Positions 12,037 to 23,532 of a stretch of DNA of 64,000 nucleotides are shown one piece after another (the stretch's first letter is position 1; every line of letters starts with the position of its first letter). The position numbers and the translations under genes were made by a program. The notes beneath the pieces are model-generated. The model saw only the letters and a list, made by a program, of their open reading frames with translations. It was not told the origin of the DNA and ran no database searches. This stretch comes from Cyanophora paradoxa CCMP329. Its lineage: Eukaryota; Plantae; Glaucophyta. The stretch is from assembly GCA_004431415.1 (NCBI GenBank), contig QPMI01000603.1, positions 62,001 to 126,000 on the forward strand, in the 5' to 3' direction.

Positions 12037-12565
12037 AACAAGCAGGGGGGCAAGCCCCCCCCCCCCCCCCCCCCCCCCATTTACTGATGATCATGACTGT
12101 CGGACATAGCGATCGCGCGCGAAAGAAATTTACATGCAGAAGTTTTCATGACAAAAGAATAATCTTCCTCTGCTTCATCTAGATATCTCGCTACTTCAGA
12201 ATCCTTCACTACTTCGGTAGTACTGAGTATACGGTCGCGCTACTTCAGAATCCGGAGCGGGTGCTCAGTGGCTTCGACAGAATCATGATCACTGCTTTCG
12301 CTAGCGCTGCGTTGACTTCGAATTCACCTGCTGATGTGCTCCGTCGTGCGCAGCAGCGCTAGCAACATGTACATGTGCAACAGCACTAGTATGTACGCGG
12401 TTAAACGTGTCAGTGTTGACGTTCCGATCCCACGTGCACGCGTATACGTACGTACGCGTAGCAAAAGAAATTTATATAATTACATGCAGCTGCAGATCTA
12501 GAAACTAATATTTGTCATGCCATACAGATCTTCGCAAACATTCGAGTCTGCTGCTGCTGCTGATC

Positions 12566-15500
12566 ATGAACGCCAATCGCGAAACCTGCGGCGTCAGCGG
12601 CGTCAACGTCGCGCCCTCACGCTCGAGCTCGTGCGGGATCCCCCTCGGCGTCCTCCAGGTACCCACAGCCGGTGTAACCTATGCATGCACATGCGCATGC
12701 CCCAGAGCACGTGCACCTTTTGGCCTTCCAGACTTGTTCCGGATTCGCTCCCCCTCGGCCTCTCTTCGCGATCGCGATCGGCGCCGGTCACTCCCAGGCG
12801 ATCTCCATCGCCTGCTCGCGCGCGCTCCTTCCCCCACTTCCGGCCCTAGGCCTTCCTCGGCCCCGGCCCCTCTTCGCCTCTTCCTTCCCCTCCGCCGCGT
12901 TCCCGTCGTTGGGTTTCTGCACTGGGCTCTCCTCCTGACCCTGTCGGTTGCTGATGCTGCTGGTGCAGGCCTTCCAGACGTCCGGATCCCTCGCGCGCAT
13001 CCACTCGGAGGAGGCCCGCGCCCCCGCCCGTGCCGCCAAGGCCGCCCTCACCGCCGTCCGCCCCCGCCCCGCCCGCGCCGCGCCCACGTGCACGGGCCGA
13101 CGCCGATGTCGCGGGGGCGCCTGCACAGATGCTGGCGTCGGCGCGGGAGGAGGCCGGCGGGGCGGACGCCGGCGGCTTCCTGCGGGACGCCCTCCCCGCC
13201 TCGCCAGCCTCGTCCCTCCCACGGCGGTCCGCCCCGCCCCGCCCCGACCCCCGCCGACCTCTCTTCCTGGCCATGGCCGCTGACGCCGCGGGGGGGCGCG
13301 GCGGCAGCGTGCGGAGCGGCTGCGCTCGCGGCGCGAGATCGACTCGCTGAACGAGCGGCTGCGCGGCTCCAACGCTGGCCTGGAGCGCGCCGCCGCCGAG
13401 CTCCGCGCCCTCGTCACCAAAGCCCCCATCCCCGTCTTCGCCGTCGACCCCGAGCTCCGCGTCGCCGAGTGGAACCCCGCCTGCGAGCAGGTCCCTCCCT
13501 CCTTCCAGGCGGCGCTCGCCGTGCCGGCGCCCGCCCGCCCGCCCGCCCGCCCGCCTCCCTGACGCGCGGGCGCAGGTCTTCGGCGTGCCGCGGGCCTCCA
13601 TCCTCGCCCGCCCCTTCCTCGAGGCGCTGGTGCCGGGCCCGTACCGGGCGGCGGTGGGGGAGGCGGTGCGGCGGGCGATGGAGCAGCAGGCGACGCAGGA
13701 GTTCGAGGTCGCCCTGCTGCGCGGCGACGCCCCGCGCCCCGAGGCGGACCCGCCCCCGTGCCCCTCGCCATCTCCACCCGGGGCCCGAGACCTTCTGCTC
13801 GGTGCCCGTGCCCGCCCACCTCCTCACCCCGCCCTGCCCGCCCCCTCCGCCTCCTCCCTGCGCGCCCCCGTCCCCTTCGCCACTCCGCTGGCGCCGCCGC
13901 CGCCGCCGCCGCCGGCAAGTCCGGCACCTCCTCGGCCCATGCCTCCCCTTCCTCCGCCCCCAGCCGCCCGGGCCGCCCGACGCCGCCGCCGCCGCCGCCC
14001 CTGGCGAGGGGCAGCTGCAGGAGGCGCCGAGCCCGGGGGCTCGGTCGCCGTCGCCGTCGGCGTCGGCGCCGCGGGGCGGGGGCACGCCGGCGCCGGCGGG
14101 GGAGCAGATGATGGAGGTCTTCGTGCGCGCCGCCGCCCGCGTCGACGCCGCCGGCCGCGTCACCGGCGCCGTCCTCGTGTCCGCCCCCGCCCGCCCGCCG
14201 GCCCCTCGAGCCGCTGCCCTGCACGCGTCTGACGGGGCGGGGCGGGGCGGGGCGCAGGTGCCAGGACCTGACGGCGCAGCGGGAGGTGACGCGGGTGCAG
14301 ACGCGCCTCGCGGAGGCGGCCGCCGCCAACACCGCCAAGACCTTCTTCCTCGCCGCCCTCTCCCACGAGAGTCCGCCCGCCCCGCCCCGCCCGCGCCGCG
14401 CCGCCGGCCGAAGCTCACGGGGCCGCCGGGCAGTGCGGACGCCGCTGAACGGGCTGCTGGGGATGCTGCAGCTGGCGATGGAGGCGGGGCGGGCGGGGGC
14501 GAGGCGGAGCGGGAGGAGTGCATCGCCAAGGCCATGTCCTCCGCGAGTACCTCGCCGCCCTCATCGGCAACGGTCCGCCCCAGCCGCCCCCGAGCGCCCC
14601 CCTCCTCCGCCCCCTCACGCGCCCCCGCAGTCCTGGACCTGTCGCTGATCGAAGCGGGCAAGCTGGTGCTCAAAGCGGAGCCCTTCTCGCTGCCCGCCCT
14701 CGTCCGCGTGCGCCCGCCCGCCCGCCCCGCTTGGCACTCTTGGCGCCGCGCGGGGGCCGGGGCCGACGCCGTGACGCGGCGGCGCGGCAGTCTGCGATCG
14801 CGCTGCTGGCGTCGAAGGCGGCGGAGAAGCGCCTCTCGGTCGCCGTCGCCCTCGCCGACGGCCTCCCCGCCTCCTTCCTCGGCGACCCCGACCGCGTCCG
14901 CCCGCCCCGCTCTGCCTGCCCGCCCCGCCCCACATGCGCCTCACCGCCCCGCCCTGCCCCGCCCCACAGCTCAAGCAGGTCCTCGTGAACCTCGTCTCCA
15001 ACGGCGCGCCCCGCCCGCCCCGCCGTCCGCCGCCCCGCTCCCTCCGCCGCGGGGCCGCTGAGGTGCGGGGGCGGGCGGGCGCGCAGCGATCAAGTACTCG
15101 CATCGCGGGGAGATCCTCGTCCGCGTCGCCCCGGGGAGCCCCTCGACGCCCCGGGCCCCGGCCCGGGCGGCGCCGGCCCAGGGCCGCTGAACCTGCAGCC
15201 GCGGGCGGGGCCGGGCCGGGGCCGGGGCCGGGGCGGCGGGGAAGCCGGCGGCGCCGCGGGCCTCTCCGTCCGCTTCGAGGTCGTCGACCAGGGCGTCGGT
15301 CCGCCCCGCCCGCCCGCGCCCCCGCCCCGCGCTGCGACCCACCCCGGCACGTCGGGCCGCGCCGCGCTCACGCGGGGCCCGCTCCGCCCTGCCCTCGCAG
15401 GGGTGCGGGCGGAGGACCAGGAGCGCCTCTTCCAGCTCTTCGTGCGCCTCGGCAGCGGCCCAGCCAGGAGGACCCCGGCGGCACCGGTGCCCCGCCCACC

Positions 15501-15738
15501 CCGCCCCGCCCGCCCGCTCCCGCGCAGCGCGCGCGCACACACACGCACTCACGCCCCGCCGCCCGCCGCCAGGCCTCGGGCTCGTCATCTGCAAGGTGCG
15601 GGGGGGCGGGGCACGGGCCCGGCCCGGCGCCTGCCCGCCGCTGGCTGAGGGGGCGGGGCGCAGAACCTGCAGCTGGTGGAGGTGATGGGCGGCCGCATCG
15701 GGGTCGCCTCCCGCGTCGGCGCCGGCTCCACCTTCTGG
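12566..15738 (+). CDS. PAS-domain sensor histidine kinase (HisKA + HATPase_c), multi-exon; frameshifted and 3'-truncated, probably a pseudogene; start uncertain
   Basis: Splicing reconstitutes the PAS domain (PIPVFAVDPELRVAEWNPACEQ^VFGV...), H-box FLAALSHE^MRTPLNGLLG, VLDLSLIEAGKL, GDPDR^LKQVLVNLVSN^AIKY, FEVVDQGV^G, GGT^GLGLVICK^NL(QL)VEVMGGRIGVASRVGAGSTFW. Confidence 0.85.
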
Positions 15739-15784
15739 TCCGCCCTTCCCTTTCAAGCCTAAGGGGTCCTGGAGACGCTAGCTC

Positions 15785-16180
15785 GTGCCGGGCCCGTACC
15801 GCGCAGCAGTGGGCAAGGCGGTACCGGTGCGGCGGGCGATGGAGCAGCAGGCGACGCACGAGTTCGAGGTCGCCCTGCTCCGCGGCGACGCCCCGCGCCC
15901 CGAGGCGGCCCCCGCCCCCGTGCCCCTCGCCATCTCCACCCCGGGGCCCGAGACCTTCAAATTCTACTCGGTGCCCGGGCCCGCCCACCTGCTCACCCCG
16001 CCCTGCCCCGCCCCCTCCGCCTCCTCCCCGCGCGCCCCCGTCCCCCTCCGCCACTCGGCTGCCGCCAGGACCGGCGCCTCCTCCGCCCATGGCTCCCCAT
16101 TCCTCCGCCCCCTGCCGCCCGGGCCCGGGCCGCCGGACGCCGCCGCCGCCCCGGCGAGGGGCAGCTGCAGGAGGCGCCAA
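15785..16180 (+). pseudogene. Diverged duplicate of the kinase PAS/low-complexity segment (13630-14030)
   Basis: VPGPYRAAVGKAV(PV)RRAMEQQATHEFEVALLRGDAPRPE matches the upstream exon. Confidence 0.85.
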
Positions 16181-17089
16181 GCCGCATGACCAGGGCTCCG
16201 TCCCGTCCCGATCGTCACCCGGAGAGGGACGGGATGGCACCGGGGCTGGCCCCGAGCGGCGGCGGCTGCGGGCGGGGCCGCGCCCGGGGCGCCGGCCGCG
16301 CCGGCGCCGTGGCATGGGAAGCTGCGGCAGCCGGCGCTGCGCCGGGGGTCGCGGGCGGGAAAGCGAGTGCCCCCTGGGCGGCGCCCGGCGCCGGCCCCGG
16401 GCCGGGGTGCACGTGGCGTCGGCGTTGCCCTGGGCGAGGCCCGCGAGGGTGGCGATGTAGGCGGCGACCTCAGCCTCGGAAGCGACCTCGGCGGCAGACT
16501 GGGCTGGGTGGTGACAGTGACGGGAGCGCGGAGGGCGGCGGCAGCGTCGGATCTGAAATCGATGGCCCCGCTCGCGGGGGCCGGGGACGGGCCCCGGCCC
16601 GGGGCGAGGTCGGCCGCAGGGCCTGTAAGGCCTGCGGACTAGAGGCCGTACTCCTGCACGACGCCCAGGAGGGCGTTGGCGGACGCGGCGCTGGGAGGCG
16701 GCGCGGCGGCGGCGGCGGCGGCGGCGGCGGGGGCGGGCGGAGTGGCGAACTTCGGAATGCGGGGGCCAGCGCGGCGGTACCGGTGGCCCGGCGGTGGGCA
16801 CGGCGACGTGGCGGCGGCCTGATTACTAGTAATTTACTACTAGTAGTTATATATAATTAATGTCGAGCGCATATGGATTGTTGTTTCATGATCAACTGTG
16901 AACTTGGAGTGTGAAGTTTCATCATCAACCACTAAGTATATAAGGAACGTTCGCCGCCCGCGGGCCGGCCGACGTCCCGACGTCGGGGCCGACGATCGAC
17001 CCGGTGTGAGTAGCGTCACTAGCGTGTGACCGGCCCAACTTCCCGGCCCGGCGGAGTCCGAAAGTTCCGCGATCCGATCGCGATCGATA

Positions 17090-17228
17090 CTGTAAACGTA
17101 GGAATCTTCGACAGCGTCCCCCGAATTAATGCGCCCCCGAATTAATGCGTTTTGCTGCCGGAAAACGCATTAATTCGGGGGCGCATTACTTAAGTGCGCG
17201 CATTCCTTAAGCTATAAGTGTTCTACGG
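17090..17228. mobile_element. Small TA-flanked MITE (Tc1/mariner/pogo-like ends)
   Basis: TA|CTGTAAA...TCTACGG|TA; internal inverted CCCCCGAATTAATGCG / CGCATTAATTCGGGGG. Confidence 0.6.
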
Positions 17229-17260
17229 TATACTAGCTATAGTACAGTAGTAGACTACTA

Positions 17261-17511
17261 CCGTATAACAGAATATTAGTGCGCGCATAATATTAATGCG
17301 CCCCCAATTTAATGCGTTTTCTGCCGTCAAAACGCATTAATTTAATTGGGGGCGCATTAATATTGAAGCGCTAAGAAACTGCGGTCTGTACCCCCTACAT
17401 TCTGCGAAAAGGCTGCAAAACGCATTGATTTGGTGCCGCATTAATAGCCATAATAGAGGTCCGGGTCCAAACACGCATTAATATTGAGCGCATTAATATT
17501 GTGTTATACGG
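17261..17511. mobile_element. MITE of the ATTAATGCG family
   Basis: 18-bp TIR CCGTATAACAGAATATTA / TAATATTGTGTTATACGG (1 mismatch); TA on the left flank. Confidence 0.85.
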
Positions 17512-17788
17512 ACCTATAATACGGTAGGCCCGCGCGGCCTGCCGGCGCCGCAGACCGTCGGACCGGAGTCACCGGACAGTCTGGGACTGTCTGGCCCACT
17601 GGGCCGACGACTTGCCGACGAAGTTGCCGTGTCTGCCAGGCTGCCGCAGTGCGGCTGCGACTCTGCGAGTCTGCGACTGCGCGCGCATGCCGCAGTGCCA
17701 TGATGCGCCGCGGCGGCCGGGCCGCGCGCGGCCCCGGCTGCGGCCGCTGCAGCTGCGCATGCGGTGCCGCATGCGTGCAGTGCCGCAG

Positions 17789-18270
17789 TAGACTCTGAGA
17801 GCTTCGGCTCGAGCCGAGCCGGCTCGAACGAGCCCGGCTCGATCGAGTCGACCGTTTTCCGGCTCGAGCCGGCTCGTGGCGAGGGGCGGCTCGCTCGAGC
17901 CGGGGGCTCGAGCCGGGGGAAGGGGGCTGGCTCGAGCCAGGGGGTGCGAGCTAGGTCGAGCCGCCCAGCCGGGGCTCGAGCCGGGGGCCGGGGGGGGGGG
18001 AGGTGGCTTATGACGGAAACAGCTCATTTTTAGTGCGTGTCGCGGGCCTGAGTCATCAAATACAGGCTAGCCTGCCTCTATTCTGTAACATTATTTGCAT
18101 TCTGCATGTATGCGCACGAGCTAGAGGCCAAGGTTTCTCCGCGCGCCTAAGTCCGGGACTGGGGTACCCCCCCGTAGGCTGGCTCGAGCCGGCTCGAGCT
18201 GGCTCGAGGCTGGAGCGGGCTGGCTCGAGCTGGCTCGAGCCGGGGGTTTCTTGCTCGAGCCGAAGCTCTA
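17789..18270. mobile_element. Non-autonomous hAT-like element
   Basis: 8-bp TSD TGCCGCAG (17781-17788, 18271-18278); TIR (TA)GAGCTTCGGCTCGAGC; many subterminal GGCTCGAGCC repeats. Confidence 0.85.
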
Positions 18271-18793
18271 TGCCGCAGTGCACTCACTGCGCGCACTGCC
18301 AGGCTGATCGTCCGACGGTCGGTGATCGACTCGGCGACCGTACGCGTCGGACTGGCTCTGCCTATAGCTAGGCCCTGAGGCTGCAGCCTGCAGGCCGCAG
18401 TGGCGGCGTGCATGCACGGCGTTGCACGCGTATGGCTGCTGCAGGCCTAGCCTAGTAGCCGCCTAGGCAGCTGCTAGGCTGCATCGATATCGATACCCGA
18501 TCGTCGGATGAGCCGCCGCACGCGCGTACGTGAACATCCGCCTATTGCATCCGTGAACAACCGTAGTGCGAGCTCTACATGCATACCGGTATGACACGAG
18601 TCCATCCTTCGGTCGGCGCGTATGGTGCACGTGCGCATGCTTGGCTGTACCGTAGTACGCCGGCGCAGACCCCGGCCGGAGCAACGCGTCCGCTGACCTT
18701 CGAATTCCACTCTGGGCGGGCGCAGCTGCAGATGCGCGCGAGGCGCCGCCCTCGAAGGTCCCTCGCGTGCATGCGCAAGATCCGGAGGTGCTC

Positions 18794-21700
18794 ATGGCCA
18801 GTCCAAGGCGCGCCGAAGCGGGCGCGCGGCCGCGGGCAGAAGAGGCCTGGCCATGGGCGGCCACGGGCGCAGATCCAGGGCGCGCGGCCGACGTGCAGCT
18901 GCTCGAGATTCCGAGCGGGGCGGGCCCTGGGCGGGACGCGGCGGGGGCGCCCTCCTACTTCGGGATCATGGTGGACATGCTGGCGAGCGCGACGCTCGAG
19001 GAGGGCTCCGCCGCCGTCCTGCGGGACATCGCCGGCGGCATCGAGGAGGTCGGGCCGGCGGCAGCCGCCCCCCCCCCCGCGGCCGCCCCCGCCCCCGTCA
19101 GCCCCCAGCCCGCGGCCGCGGCCGCTTCCGTCGGGCCCTTCACGCCCCAGCCCGTGTGTTCTGTGGCCCGTCGCCCTTCCATCTCGCTTCTTTCGGCCGA
19201 TCAGCGGGTCCCTCGCAGGCCCCGGTCCCCTACCTTTTCTCCGACGAGGAGGAGGCGGGGGCGGCGGAGGCGGCGCTCGGCGCGTGCGCCTCGAAGCTCG
19301 CGTCCAGCCTGCAAAGAGTCGACGAGAGGGGGCAGCTGCAAGCTTTGACGCCCCCGCGCCGGCCCCGCGGGCGCCCCCCCAAGTACATCAAGCTCCAGCA
19401 GCAGCTGCAGCTGCTGCAGCCGGCGGCGCCGCCTCCGACAAGCGCCGAGCTCGCCACCTCGCTCGCTCAGGCGCGTCTTTGAATTTTCCGCGGGGCACCG
19501 GTGCTCCGGTCCCTGAGCGGCACCCTCGCCGTCGTGCAGGCCCTCTCAGACGCCCGCCTGCTGGGCACACCCCTCTTCACCACCCCGGGGGGCCGCCTCC
19601 GTCTCCGCCGCATGTTTGCCACTCTCCGATTCGCCGGATACCCCCAGCTCGTGCACGACCCTCCACCCTTCACGACTTACCTTTTTTGCCCTCAAGGCCG
19701 CGACTTGCAGGCGAGGGGGGTACTGGAGGCGCTTGTGGCGGCGCTGCAGCAGTCCCCCTCCGGCTTCTGGACCCCTGCTGCGGCCGAAACACTCGTCGAC
19801 CATGCCACGGCCCTTTTTTTGGTAGCCCCCCGTGCCGACCCCCCCCCCCCCGCCCCCCCTACCTAGCTATAAGCCTCTCCCTGTAGGGCTCGGCCGTGGC
19901 GGCACCGTTACCTTGCCGCTCAAGCCTTCTTGACCTTCCTCTGATCACGAGCCATTTTTCAGGCGTGTACGGCGGAGGCCCCGCGGACGGCGCACGATCT
20001 GTTCGCGCTGGACTGGGAACTCTGCTCTCGCGTACGTCTACATATATATATACGTGTACCCCTGCGCGCTTCTTCCCCCCTCTCATCCTTGTGCACGGGC
20101 CGGGCCTCGCGCAGCTGTTGGGGAGGGTGCAGCTCCTTGGCGGAGAGCTGGGAGCGGGTCCGGGTACCCTGCGACCCAAGGCCCTCCTCTTCTGCGCTAC
20201 GGCGTTCAATTGGGTGCCGTCTGCCCCTCGCTCCATTCTCGCGAGGCAGCGGCGTCGACGTCGGCGCCCCTCACATGCGGCGGTCGCCCCCAGTTCGACA
20301 AGTCCGACGAGGCCTTCGGCATGTACTTCGAGGTCGGCGCCCTCCCGCTTCCCCTGCTCTCTTCGACCCCTCCGATCCGGCCCCCCCCCTTCTCTCTTCG
20401 AACTCGTCTCTTGGTGCACGGCAGGCGTGGGCGGAGCTCGTGCGGCGGCAGCTGACGCCGGGGCCCCTCGAGGCCGCCCTCGTCCCCGCCCTCGCCGACC
20501 TCCACTGCGCGTACCCCCTCAATTTGCAATTGAATCTCAACGACTGCTCGGCGATCTCACGCCCCCCGGCCCGCGCAGTTGCTTACCTGATGCCGGCAAT
20601 GGGGCACCACAGTGCGGCGCCCCTCGAGCTCTCCCTGGCAGGATTTGATCTGACGTTGCGGGCGGGGGTGCAGTCGCCTCGAAGGCGTACTCTCTGGGGG
20701 GCGACAGCGCGGTCGCCCGCTACACTCAATACCTCGTCCTCCACGTCCGCAGTGCGGCGCACCCCGCCCTCCGCCACCCACTGGGCCACCTCTCCCGGGA
20801 GTCCCCACACCCCTCTCTCCTCTCTTCCCCAACCGATCGCAAGGAGCCCATTCAATTTTTTTCAAGAGGCCTAGGGCAGCTCCGAGCGCCCCCGCCCCCC
20901 CCCCTCCCCTTTCCCCCCTCCCCCTCCCTCCCCCCCCCTCCCCCCCCGCCCGTCGAATTGGCCAAATCGAGGCGACTCGCGGTGTCCTCGGTGGTCGTGA
21001 GCTCAAGGGCGGCTAGCACTGATACGTTGCGGGCCTGCGCGCGCAGTCACGGCGCTGCGGGCGCGGAAGGAGATCGGCAAGGCGACGGCGCTCTCCCGCG
21101 AGGCGCTCGAGGTCGCCGAGGGCCTCGGGCCCGGCTACGCGTGCGCGAGCGCCCCTCGTCCCCCTCCCCTTCCCTCGGCGCCTCGCCGAGTGTCGACGTC
21201 GCGTCGGCCCCTCGCGGCTGTGCGCAGCCACGTGCTGGCGCGCATGCTCTCCATCCACGCCCAGGCTCGCCCCCCCGCTAGCGCTCCCGGCGCCGGTCGC
21301 GCGGGGCGCGCGGGCGCTCTTTGGGCCCCCGCCCACGCGTCTCCGACCGGTACCGTCGGACGCAGAACCTGCTCTTCGGGGGGCGGCTGCACGCGTCGAC
21401 CGCCGGCTGGCTGCGTGCCATACGCGCCCAGGTGGAGCTGGGCGACCCTTCGTTCGCAGACGTCGACTTCATCCCGCACCAGCTGGTGCGCCCCCCTCCC
21501 TCCAGGTCCCCCGGCGGCCCCCGTCATGAGGCGTACCGGCTGCACTAGTCTTCAATTGCAATCCCCGCCCCCCCCCCTCCCCCCCCCCCTCCCCCCCCCC
21601 CCCCTCCCCCCCTACACGACCCCTCTCCTCCCCCGCCACCCGGTTCCCTGGCCCCTTCCCTCCCGAGATCCCGCCAACTCTAGCTCTGTCTAATTATATA

Positions 21701-22520
21701 ACCCCCGCCCGGGTGCTGGGGTGCAGGTGTACGCGGCGAAGGCGCGGGTCTCGGCAGCCGCCCGCGCGAGGGGCCTCGCCCTCGTCGCCCGCCTCGCCGC
21801 CGTGCGTGCGCGTGCTCCGCCTTCGCTCTCCTGCTCCCTCCGGCCTGCTCCGCCTGCCTGACCGTGAGCCGGCACGCCCCGGCACGCGCTCGCAGAAGGC
21901 AGACCCGCGGGGCGAGGCGCCACTTGCCGCCCACGTGCACTTCCACCGCGCCGAGCACTTCCTCGAGATGGGCGCGCTTGGGCCCCGCCTCCCGCGCACG
22001 CCGCCGCGGCACTCTAGCCCCAACCGATGCCAATGGCTGATCTAAAGCAGCCGAGCGGGCCGCCCGATGGCGAGCGCCGGCCTCGCGCACGCGCTCCGCT
22101 GACGGGAGGCCCTGGCACGGGCGGGCGTGCGCAGGGCGGGCCGCTCAGGCGGCGGAGCACTACGAGGCGGCGCTGGCGATCTACAGGGGCCGCTTCGCCT
22201 GCCACTTCCCTCCCGAGCACCCGCGCGTCCTCCGCATCGCCCGCGCCCTCGCCGAGATCCGCGGCCACATGGCGGGAAACTCCTCCGCGGGGCAGGGGCA
22301 GGGCCACGCTGCCCCCGCGGAGCCTCGGCTGGCCCCCGGCCCCTCTAGATCTCTCTTCACCCGCCTGCTCTCGCGCTCCCGCGGCGGGGCCGCATCCGAC
22401 GCGGGCCAGCCGCAGCTTCCATCGCGGCCGGCCCCGGCTGCAAGAGTTCCCGAACGCACAGCGGGCGCCCTCGAGCTCCACGAGCTAGAACCGGCAGCTG
22501 AAGCTCATAATTATAATTAG
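18794..22520 (+). CDS. Multi-exon helical-repeat (TPR-like) protein with an N-terminal AT-hook-like motif
   Basis: Spliced exons give PRRPRGRPPK, KATALSREALEVAE, AHVHFHRAEHFLEMG and AAEHYEAALAIYRGRF..PEHPRVLRIARAL (kinesin-light-chain-type TPR pattern). The apparent stop at ~19480 lies inside a GC-AG intron. Confidence 0.65.
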
Positions 22521-22859
22521 TCCCCCGGTCCCTCCTTCTTTGCCCGGCTGCTGTCGCGGTCGACGTCCCGGGGCGGGACCGGGGCCGCATCCGACGCAGG
22601 CCAGCCGGAACTGCCCTCGTGGCCGGTCCCAGTTGCAGGAGGTCCCGGTCCCGTATACGTAGCGGATGCCCTCGAGCTCTCCAATCTAGAACCAGCAGCT
22701 CACGATCGGGGGCCGCTACTTCGGGCTTTGAGCCCAGTCTAGTTGAGTGAAATCCCGCCCTATAGCTGTAGCTATAGGGCGGCATCTGAGATCCTATAGC
22801 GATTCCCTCACTCTACAGCTTGACGTGATGATCAATGCCGCAGTACTAGTGCGGCACCT

Positions 22860-23501
22860 GCCATACCAATCCGGAAGAAATTCTAGCGGGGCACAGTGAG
22901 CGACTGGCGCAGAAGCGAGCACGTCTGAAGTGCATTCTAGATCAGGCGAGATCGAGGATAATTTAACTTCCGCGCGAAAGCCGCTCTATGCAAAAGTCGG
23001 CGCTCTCCGGGGCCGCGCCCCGGCCCCCTCTTCAGCCCTCGACAGCCCAAGGCAGCTCAAGGCCCGCCCAGGCCCCCCCGCTCCCCCCAACTGCCCTTCC
23101 CGGGACTCGAACGTTGGGGCAATAAGATCTAGACGCCGGCCGGGCGCACTGCTAGCTCGGCTAGCCCGCCGCGAAACTGGCCGGTTCCTCTTCGAATTCG
23201 TGTGGCCCTAGCTGCAGGAAAATCTCGTACCACATCCGCGCGATAGTGAACATCAAATATGTATTAAGAGGCATCCTATCGCATACTAAACGCTTCACTT
23301 CTGCGCCAATCGCTTCTCCCAAGTTTATTAAGCCAAATCGTCCAGAAGATCTACATCTTTGCTTCTCGAAATCGAATTCGAATCATCTTTTCCTCGAGCT
23401 CTCCTTCATTCAGCCTTCATTCGATTCAGTGATTTAGTTCGACCATGCATATATATGCTCGGGTCGGCCGCGGGGCAGGGGGAGGCCTAGGGGTACGGTG
23501 T

Positions 23502-23532
<31 letters not shown>

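Noticed and set aside
12900-15480. Programmed frameshifting in the kinase (and retroelement 5' exons)
   Set aside because: Shifts fall mostly in C/G homopolymers, better explained by long-read errors or pseudogene decay.
12512-16860. Long Arg/Pro/Gly/Ala-rich ORFs on both strands
   Set aside because: Stop-poor shadow frames of very GC-rich spliced genes.
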